A stretch of 64,000 nt of DNA from Geosiphon pyriformis uo1. Its lineage: Eukaryota > Fungi > Glomeromycota. The position numbers were made by a program, and so were the translations under genes. Positions 54,472 through 64,000 of this stretch are shown piece after piece (the stretch's first letter is position 1; every line of letters starts with the position of its first letter). The DNA is taken from assembly GCA_016748015.1 (NCBI GenBank), contig JAAOMT010000602.1, forward strand, positions 509,696-573,695, given 5' to 3'. The notes under the pieces were generated by a model, which worked only from the letters and a program-made list of their open reading frames with translations, searched no databases and had not been told where the DNA came from.

Positions 54472-54494
54472 TATTTCTGTGGAAAAGCACCAAA

Positions 54495-55463
54495 TATTAC
54501 TGGAGGTTTTTGGTCTCTTTTTTTAAATGTTGTTAATGTCTGTTTGTTGTAAATTCACGTTTTCTAGAAGTAGTTGAACCTCCAATAACTGAATTTATCT
54601 TCAAATTATCTTCTATAATTTGAACTGCTGGGCTTATAAGTGGAATGGCCAATTCCATACTAGTTATTTTGTGTAGTTACATTGTAGTAAATGTCAACTC
54701 TTTCCCAGGAATTGCTCATCTGGAAGCTCACTAAAATGTGTAGTTACTTTACTGTGAAAGTCAATTCTTCTACAGGAATCTTGTTTGTAGGCTACCCTAA
54801 TGATTGTAATAAGAAAAGAAAAGAAAATAAAAAAAATATAAAAGAAATAGAATTTTATCAAGAGAAACGTTTTCTATCCAGGCCTGAAGTCATTAAAAGT
54901 TTATTGAAATTGGTAGCTAATTAATTTCAAAACGTTAGTTGTGTTGAGGGAATTTCAAGTGTAATAATTTAAGAATTTGGTTTTCGAATATTTAATTTTT
55001 ATTTAATTTTGTAAAAAAAAAGTGATTTATTCTAATTAAGATATCTAGAGTAAGATACTATGGTAAGATCTGAAAGAATATATTTTCTTGAAGAAAAAAG
55101 CTTTTCTTTTATACAACTTGTTATAGTACTAGTTTTTGAACTTGCACTTTTCTCTTTTCTACAATTTAGGTGAACTAAAGATACATTTCGGCAAACTACA
55201 AGTTATTTCTACGAATTATTGATTATTTTGGTAATTTTTCCATTAATTTCGGCAAATTTTGACTATATTAAATGGTTTAGGGTATTGTGTAATTTGATTA
55301 TCTTAATTTCTATAGTACAAATTGAGTTATTGATTGAGTAATAATATTTGATAATTTGGCTAATTAATAAGTGATAATTGAAATAATAATAATATGCTAC
55401 TTAATAATAAGAATTATGAAGATAATTTCATGCTAATTAATAGCTAAAATTCCATTGGTAACA
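54495..55463 (-). repeat. 5' LTR of C
   Basis: Direct repeat of 45588-46556, adjacent to the PBS at 54477-54492. Confidence 0.95.
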
Positions 55464-55467
55464 CTAT

Positions 55468-57264
55468 TCTAAACAAGTCTATCATGGAGTCTGGTTCTAA
55501 CATTGGTGTTAAATCTGTTGAATTCAGAAAAAAGAGGAGAGGTGGTGCTTTAAAAGATAGTGTTGGTAATAGAAAAATTACTGCTAAAATATTGAGTGGT
55601 TATTCTTGAAGTTTTAAGACTAATAATACCACCAAGTTAGATAGTGTGAACATAGAAAAGAAATTTTTGGTTGAGGAAACCAGCTTTGATTATGGAAAAA
55701 GTGGCATTTTTATTAGAAAGAACTTGGAACAAACATCTAAAAATTCAAAAATTCTGACCAAAAGAGCACTAGAAAAACCACTAGAAAAAATTAACTTCTT
55801 GGATAATAATAGTGATAATATTCTCTTGAATGATTCTGTGGTTTTTCCTCCCCCTTTAAAGAACTTGGTCAATGTTTTTGTTAGAAGATTTTTTGCTCTG
55901 AATATTAGTTTGGACAATGTTGTTAGGAAATCTGCTCAGGAAAAGCTTGTAATAGTTAAAAAGTTATTTTCGAAAATCAATGGTTTTGAAGAGACCTTTA
56001 TCCTCTCAAAATTTGCTGAAATTATTAAAGTATTATTCACTTCCAAATCAAGCTTGGCACAGGCTTCTAAAAAGGCTGAGAATGTGAAAATTCTAGTAAA
56101 TACTGATCTCAAGAAATCTTCTAGGCACTCAGATTAGGCTGTGATGATAAAGAAAATTTCAATTAGAACATTACCTGAAACTGTGCATGCTGTGCTATCT
56201 GAGTTTGGTATGATTAAGTCAATCAAGATACAGTTAATAGGATTATGGCAAAAAGCTGTGGTTGAGTTTAACCAGTTAGACCAGGTTGATTTGGTCATGA
56301 CTAGATAATCTATTCTGATTGGGAAAGATGCAGTACATGTGGCTAGATCAAATTCAGACAAGGAGACATGAAACATAAAGGATTACTATAGGATGCTGCT
56401 CTATACTCTGTCAATGAGAATAAATGCTCACAACATCTAAGATTTTATTGGTTCTGTGGGTAAGAAAACATGTGCAATTAATTATCATCCTATTATATAT
56501 GCTCGGGCCAGATGTGCTGTTGTTTGTTTTGAATTAATCAAATCCTTGAATGCCATTATGGATACTACTCTAGTTTTGAGGAATGTGAATTTGCATTGGT
56601 CTCATTTGGATTTTTCTAAATATGCTAAGTATGGAAAAATGAGTCATATATCATTAAGCTGTTTTGTAAGTAGGAATCTTTCCTCTGGAAAATCTTCTTA
56701 TAGAGCACTTTCAGACATAGATAAAAACAGACTGGTCACCATCTATGTCAAGCATTCAGCTTCTATTGCTTGTTCTGTTACTTTTGGTGGAATTTCTTGG
56801 ACAAAAATAGCTGGTGGATCTTTATTTTCTCCCCTTCCTGTGTGAAATAGTTCAGTCAACTCTGGCTCCTCTTCAGAGATAAAGCCTATTCTTCCTGATA
56901 CAAAAAACATTGAAAAAAAGTTTGTTGTTTTGGAAAGCAGTCTTGCCAGTCTTGTGAGACAAATTAGTAAGTTGGCTAAGATGTTGGACTCATTTGTGCC
57001 AGCAGTTTTCTAGCCTAGCCCTAAATGTCAGCTGCTGGTAACTTTCTATTACAGGATCAAATGAGTAATATAGTGATAAGAGAAAATTTGAGTAGGACTA
57101 CAGGTGGTAAGACTATTGCAAATTTGGACTTTTCTGTCTTTCTTGAAGTAAAAAGACTGAAAAACATGCTGAAAGGGCTTTCTGCTTTGGTTCTGAGTCT
57201 GACAATGAGATTTAATGGTTCAATTTTGGCAGATAATGCTTTTTCTAAACTCTCTTTTCAATAA
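55468..57264 (+). pseudogene. LINE-3 ORF1 (RRM-like + decayed CCHC)
   Basis: Homologous to LINE-1 ORF1 (LVNTDLK, IGLWQKA, YARARCAVVCF). Confidence 0.8.
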
Positions 57265-60200
57265 CCAGTCTAGTTTGAAAGATTGCCATGTGTAATGTTA
57301 AAGGTATAAACAATCCTGCTAAGTAAGAAGATATTGTGTATTGATATAAAAACATGAACAATCTGATTTCAATTTTTATGAAAACAAAGCTGAAAGGGAA
57401 GATTTGTCTGTGAATTGTTAACAAATTTGATAATGTCTGTGTGTTCACTTCTGATTTGAACTCTAGTTATTTGAGTGTGGATGTTGCTATGGTTATAAAC
57501 AATTTTTTGGCAAAGCATGTGTGTAAGATCTTTGAGATGCCTGGTCAGCTCATTTCTATCAAGTTGTTTTTTAAAAATAAACTTTCTGTTTCATTTTTAG
57601 GAATCTATGTTGGTGCTTCTTTGGCAGTTTGGTTATTCCAAGCTGATAAAATCAATTCTATAATTGCTAAAGCCATGAATGAATCATCTTTCATTGTTTT
57701 GGGTGGTGATTTTAATAAGAATGGCTTTCATAAGTGTCCCAGTTTCAAAAAGTGTCTAGATCTTGGTTTGGTCAATTTCTTGGGTAGTAGTTCTTATGTA
57801 AAAATGCCAACATAAGCTAACTTTTAAGGTGTGACTAAGACAATCAATTTCTTGTTCATTTCTTCAAACTTGGTTAATGCTGTAGTAGATTGCAATGTAT
57901 TTAATGTTGAAGAATTTTTTAATACTAATCATTAGGCTGTTTTTATATTAATGGGTTTGGGCAGATTGCTTGATGTGCAACTAAACTCCCTTCACAAGCA
58001 AACAAATAAAAATTATTGGAAATTTGATTACAAAGATGTGAATAATGTTAGATAGACTAAGTTCAAAGAGGATACAGCAGTGAATACTGCTATGTTTTAT
58101 GATGAGTTTTTTGTATCTGGGAAGCACTTGGACTTGGATACAATATAGAATACTCTTTGCAGAGTGTTATGTTTATTAGCTGATATGGTTTTTAAAAGAA
58201 AATAGTCTAAGAACTATGACAGTGTTTTTACAAAGGAGTTATCCAGATTTCACAAGCTAGAGCTTTTGGTGTTTAAAGTTGTTAAGACCTCTTATCTGGT
58301 TTTTAGTAAGAAGTTTGTGTCTTTGCTTAATAAGTGACATGTTTTGGATGCAGTCAATGCCTTTGTGATAAAATCTATCTTTCTTTTGAATTCTTATTTT
58401 AACACTATTTATTCAGTTTTGGTTAAGGTTAAGAAGTTTTATCATTCTTCCAAAATGTCAGAATCGGAGCATGCTAAAGATTCTCAAATCAGATTGGCAA
58501 TTAATAAGAGGATAGAAAGCTTTAAGTTAAACAAGGGTCATACTATCAGGAGTGTATTGGAGCATTCTTTTCATAAGGTTACTCTGGATCACTTAATTGT
58601 CAATAACAAATTAGTTTTGGATTCTGACCTGGTTAAGGTTAAGGTAGATGTGATTATAAAGAGGTAAATTAGGAAGCATGTAATGCTGCCTAATATTTCT
58701 AATAACTGGTGTTGCCAATATCAACTTTTGGAGTATGTTTTTAATGACACTTTTTCTGATGTGATGTGTCTAATTGGTTTTGATAAGATGCTCAGTGTAA
58801 TTTCGAATCTGCCTAATAGAAAAGCAGTTGGTCTCTCTAGCATCTCAAATAAATTATAAAAACATTGTGACAAGTCAGTTTTGGATATGCTTTTGGTGCT
58901 CCTGAATTTTTATTTGTGTAGTGAGTCTGTTCTCAAGCCTTGAAGAGAGACTTGGGTGTCAATAATCTTCAAACCATATGAGTGGAAAGAAGTTTTCATA
59001 AATATCTGTCTAATTGCTTTGATTAAAACAGCTTGCAAAATCTTTTCCAAAATTCTTTTAGACAGAATTTTTTTAGCATGTAGTGTGTTTAATGTTCTCA
59101 AAGAAGATAATTTTTCTGTTTTAAAAGGCATAATAACACAATCTTTTATTTTTGCAATTGATTTGGTTATTGAAGATGCTTTAAAAAAAGACCATAAACT
59201 GTGGCTTGTCTTGTAAAACATATAAAAGGCTTATGACTCTGTCAAGTGGAAGCATCTTAGAAAAAACTTAGTTAGAATAAAAATGTGTAATAAATTCATT
59301 TGATTTTTTGGCAACATTCACAATAGTCAGGTTAACAAAGTTATAATTGATTTTGAGTTAACAAGTAGTTATTAGGTGCATGATGGTTTGGACCAAGGGG
59401 AGGTATTTTTATTTCTTTTTTGGTGCGTATTTTATAATTCTCTGTTGTGTGAAGTCAAAAGGCAGGAAAGTGTGTATGGATACAGATTGAATTTACATTT
59501 CATAGCCAAAACTGGTTGCTCAGAATCTCAAGCTGGTTTGACATCTTTCCTTGCTGCTAGTGTATTTGTTAATAATACAATTTGGATTAATAGCAGCCAA
59601 ACCATTACTCAGCATATTCTCAACATTGCTAGTGAATTTTTTTGGCTCAATGACATTTTAATTAACAACAACAAAACTGTGGTTATTCTTATTAATTGCA
59701 GAGTTGTGCACTCTTCCTTGTTGATTAGTAACTTGTCTATTTCTATTGCTAAAAAAGGGGAGCCTCATTAGTACCTAAGTATTTTTCTGTCTACTAAGAG
59801 TTTGTTGAAGCCCAGCTTGGCTAAAACTTATGTGAACATTCATTTTTTTGCCAATCTTGTTTTGAAAAAAACTATTTCTGATAAACAGTTCTCATATTTG
59901 GTGTTAGCAGTTCTTTTCCTGATTGTTAGCTATAGGTCTCAATTTAGTTTTTTTCCTGTTAGTGTGTGTAATAAGTAGAACACTTTGATTTGCAAAGATT
60001 TAAGGTCCAAATCTGGTCTTTATGTGACTTTTCCAATAATGCACTTTACCATCTTTTATTATATAATTTAAAAACTTTTGAACAGATTCAAGCTGAAAGC
60101 AAGTCAGCTTCTGTTGTTTGGTTTTCGAATTCAGTTGGCATTCTGGATCATCTGTTTACATATAGATTATATAATCTGCAAGTGCTTAACTGGAATTCTT

Positions 60201-61947
60201 ACTATTCTTTGCTTTTTTTATCTTGTATTAATATTAATCCGTCAAATAATTTTTTAGCTAATATAGTTCACATTTTTCTGAAGTGTGATCTGTTTTTGGG
60301 TGGTCTTGTAACTAATGCTTTTCATTTTCAGGGTGGTACCCCTTTGTCTCTTGTTTTTAGTGGTTCTAAGTTTTTCAAATGTGTTTTTTCACTTCAATAG
60401 TATGGGATTGCTTTTACTGAGCAGCTTTGCAATCATGCTATTGTAGTTTTTGATTGGAAAACATTTAAGCAATAGAAAAGATTGGACCCACATGGCCTAA
60501 TTTCTGACTGGTTTGAGCTTTTTGTTTGTTTTCTTAATGGTGTTCTTTTTTTTTCTGTTTGTTTTTCTCTTTTGGTGGGCATTGATTTATTGGACATTTT
60601 TGAGTTTCATGAATTTGGGGTTATTTGTAACTATTTGTTGGGTGTTGATGCTGATTGTCTTTTTGTTTATATGGATGAATCTCTTAGCAGTTTGGAAACT
60701 CTTGACATAAAGGCTGGTGTAGCAGTTTTTTTTGAGAATATTGATTTGGGTTTGGGTGTTGAAGTTTCTGGTTTGGTGTTCTCTACTATAACTGAGCTAC
60801 AAGCTGTTGCTCTAGCACTTAAGTGCATTTCTTTTTCTAGTTTGGTTCAAATTTTCTCAAACAATCAATCTGCTCTAAATGCTTGTAAATCAGAGTTAGA
60901 CTTGTTGTGTCCTAACTTCCAGAATCAATGTTGGGTTAAGTGTTATCATATTGTGGGTGTTATTCATAAAAAGAGTTTGGAGGTCAGTTGGCATAAGGTT
61001 AAAAGTCATTTGGGTATCTTGGGCAATAAGCATATTGATGTTTTTGCAAAGGCTGCTTGCTCTTCTAATTGGTATCTCTCTTATCATATTACCAAGTATT
61101 ATATTAGGGCTGGTGGTGGTATTGTTTCTGCTAATTCTAGACATTTTGTTTATAATGTATTTCAGTCTGTCTATCAAACATACTGAGAGATTGGCTCTGG
61201 TTTTCGAGTTGTAATAGACATTTTGTGTACAGACATTAATTGGTTTAGGTTGTCCTTGGTGTGATATTCTGATTCACATTTGGCTTCTGGCTTCACTAGT
61301 AGGAGTACTGCTGGCACTCATACTTATTTTATAAAGGCTTTGTATTACTGGCTTCCTGTCAATGTTTGTAAGCATTTGTATGTCAAGAGTTATCCAAGTG
61401 TAGTATGTTTGTTTTGTGGGGATATTAAGGTTTTAGACCATGCTTTTTCTTGTTTGTTAATTCTGATGCTTATATTCAGTTGCTGAACACCTATGCAGCT
61501 AAATGGAAGGTAATTTCTGGTCTGTCTTGCTTAGTCTTGTGTATATTACAATGTTTGAGTTCTTATTCTTCTAATATTGCTGTGTGTGTAACTTTAAGCA
61601 AGAGTTTCATCTTTAATAATTGATATTGGAAGTTTTTTTCTATTTTTAAAAATTCTAAAATTGCAGATCAGATGATTGTGAACTTTGTGTGCAGATTTGG
61701 CCTTGCATTCAGAGAGGAGGTTTGGTTGGCCCATGTCAAACACCAGGCATTTATAAAGAAGAACAGACTAATTTTGCATGATGGGTCTGTTCCAGTCTCA
61801 GTGTTTTGGCTTTCTTTAGTGTTTTCTGCTGGTGTAGTTAAATTATTGGGTATTGCTAATGCTTTTAGTGTTAGTTTTGGTTTTTGTAATTCTTGTCAGT
61901 TTTTTTCAGATTTAAATAGTGTGGTTTCAGTTTATATAGACATATAG
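57261..61947 (+). pseudogene. LINE-3 ORF2 (APE-RT-RNase H-Zn finger)
   Basis: Motifs LGGDFN, KAYDSV, GLDQGEV, FVNNT (decayed FVDDT), YMDES/ELQAV/KVKSH and CLFC..DHAFSC. Confidence 0.92.
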
Positions 61948-62079
61948 TGTTGTTTTGATTAGCCTAAGTGGCTGGTCATATGTAAAAAATACATGATTTA
62001 TGTCTAGTTTAGATTACTTAATTGATGTATTGTATTGGGTAGTGTTTGGACCTTATTCATTAAAAAATAAAAATAAAAA

Positions 62080-62409
62080 AGTATTTTGAAACATTTATTT
62101 AAACACAAATTTTTAAACTTGTAAGTTCTAAAATAGATTTCTTTAGATTTTTTGTAGTTTTTTATTAAATTGCTTATTAGTTTAATAAATAATTTTTTGG
62201 CTAAAATAATAATTTTTTTGCTTAATAAATTGTTTATAAAGAACAATTTACTTAATATATTCTACAGTTTAAGAAAGTTTTTAATATTAGATATTTTGGG
62301 AGAGTTTTTGTATTATAATTCAATATGTTCTCTAAAATAGTTTAGTATTGCATTTAATAATAGACTATTGAACAAAAAGAGTAACATAATAAACTAAAAA
62401 TTTTTTTAT
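62080..62409 (+). mobile_element. LINE-2 ORF2 continuation after the LINE-3 insertion
   Basis: Resumes where 45442 stops, after the repeated TSD (ILKHLFKHKFLNL*VLK..NNFLA). Homologous to 60140-60470. Confidence 0.8.
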
Positions 62410-62594
62410 TGTTACAAGTAATTATTTGGGGTTGAAATAAATAATAAACTTATAACTTAGTACTTAATTACTATCAATAATAATAATTTTTGAAGATTTT
62501 ATGATCTAAAAGTTTTGGTTAAGTTTTTTGTATAATGAATAGAAATTCAATTGATAATTTTTTTTGCAAATTTTTTTTTCAGTATGGTAGTTAG
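62410..62594 (-). repeat. Start of an A-family LTR (G), interrupted by element F
   Basis: TGTTACAAGTAATTATTTGG matches 44381 onward. Confidence 0.8.
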
Positions 62595-64000
62595 TATTAT
62601 TTATAGAAATTAAAAATTATAATAATAGATAAAATAGCCAATCAAAAATAGGTATAGTAAAATGAAAAATTGCAAGATTTCCAAAAAATCTTATATAATA
62701 CAAATTATGTATATATAATAAAAATGTTATGAGCAAAAAAATTTGACTCAAATAGAATGATAGTTAACAATAACTACTTATCTTTATCTCTCTCTTTAAA
62801 AAATAGTTTTCTATAACTTGAAATAAAAAACCCATCAATATTAATAAAAATATCTAATTATTATTCAATTTATGTTATTATTGTTTGAATAAAAATATTA
62901 ATTACTTTTTACTATTAACACTTTATGTTAATAGAATCCAATACTTAATTATATTGGAACAATAGCTTTTAATTATGACTATTGACAGAATACTAATTTT
63001 TTATTTTTTTTTTATTTTTTTATTTTCTTTTGTTTTGTTTCTTTGTTGTTACTAATTGATTGTAAGGATTAAGCACTAAATATTTAACATTAAAAATAGC
63101 CTGGTAAAAAATCTGGAAACAAGAATAAAAATTTAAGGATAACTTATCAGAAGAACATGACTGCCAGAATAAACCAGCCACTATGTTAAAAAAAATTCAC
63201 AGAAGAAATCATCAATTGAATCTCTGTCTATTATACAAAAAACTCAACTAAAACTTTTAGATTCCAAAATCTTTAAAAATTATTAATATTACCAGCTATT
63301 GAACACCAAATTATGGATTTGTTATTTGTTTCAACATTTCAAATAATTACTTGTAATATTTAGTGCTCTTTGTAAGATATAATCCAACAAAAAACCAATG
63401 CCAACATTAATTATTCAGAAAAATAACAAACCAAAAAATCATAGAAAAAAATTATTTAAGATTTGTAAAATTTTTATTTCAATATTACCAAATTTATTTT
63501 AGACTAACAAGTAATTATTAGCCAGCAGAATTAGCTTTCAATTTCTATGTTAATAAAAAAATTAAATTCTATTTGGAAAATTAAGAAGATCCAGAAACTA
63601 CTCTTAGAAATTTTTACAGTGAACTACTACAAAACATTATACTTTTACCAAATTATCTGTTTGCACCACTAATTACAAAAATAAACAGAGAAATTAAGTA
63701 TTACATCCAATAGAGATTTCTTATTATCTTTGCAGTTAAAGAAAAATTACAAACTTTAGTAGGAATATTAAGAAAAATACAACTGTCTATTTGGAAAAAA
63801 TTAAGAGTTATTTTACTTATTTACTTATTATACTATTATATTTTAGGAAGTATTATTCACATACTATCAGAATTCATATTACCATTAATTACAAAAACAC
63901 TATTATTCTATGTTTTGTTTCAAAATAATTAAGAAAAAGCCAAATTATTAAGAATCTACAGCAATTTTTTTAAAGGATTTAAATTGTGATCAACAACATT
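62595..64000 (+). mobile_element. Ty3/Gypsy element F, 5' end (LTR 62595-63358, PBS, pre-gag ORF), runs off the window
   Basis: LTR resembles that of E. PBS TTTAGTGCTCTTTGTAAG and the AELAFNFYVNKK motif are present. Confidence 0.85.

Larger units (their letters stand above)
45588..55463 (-). mobile_element. Full-length Ty3/Gypsy LTR retrotransposon C (second, divergent dUTPase-bearing family)
   Basis: Two 969-bp LTRs, PBS TGGTGCTTTTCCACAG, PPT GAGGAGAAG. TSD CCGT/CTAT. Confidence 0.96.
45443..62079 (+). mobile_element. Full-length degenerate LINE-3, split at its 5' end by element C and itself inserted in LINE-2
   Basis: 5' UTR 45443-45587, body 55464-62079, A-tail ~62062-62080. An ~11-bp TSD reads AGTATTCTGGA (45432-45442) / AGTATTTTGAA (62080-62090). 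Confidence 0.93.

Noticed and set aside
3077-61177. Numerous short antisense or alternative-frame ORFs in the ORF track (e.g. 4693-5070, 24279-24599, 52385-53188, 60896-61177)
   Set aside because: They are shadows of TE coding frames, low complexity and not conserved between copies.
2296-61947. Alternative genetic code or programmed readthrough explaining the many in-frame stops
   Set aside because: Stops are copy-specific and arise at TGG/CAA/CAG/CGA codons by transitions. Only the RNase H-terminal stop is conserved.

Overview
AT-rich eukaryotic DNA that is almost entirely a nest of decayed retrotransposons. The element families, CpG depletion and composition suggest a Glomeromycotina-like fungus (inference). 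No intact host gene is evident. An old LINE ('LINE-2', +) survives as three colinear pieces (9478-12462, 45258-45442, 62080-62409) and was invaded repeatedly. Three full-length Ty3/Gypsy LTR elements are present: A (17019-27182, -), B (33054-43024, +) and C (45588-55463, -). Two more (E +, D -) are truncated and fused tail-to-tail at ~29413. There is also a solo LTR, two further LTR starts at the right edge, two full-length APE-RT-RNaseH LINEs (2164-8896 -, 45443-62079 +) and a CpG-intact LINE 3' fragment. The Gypsy elements share an unusual architecture across two divergent families: ATG-less ~1 kb pre-gag ORF, gag, protease, Cys-rich multi-zinc-finger domain, dUTPase, dUTPase-like repeat, RT, RNase H, stop, integrase as a separate ORF, then an extra non-env 3' ORF. 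All eight LTR insertion sites are 4-bp targets whose centre is CG or one of its decay products (TG, CA, TA), suggesting CpG-targeted integration. All copies carry a near-pure C>T/G>A transition load.
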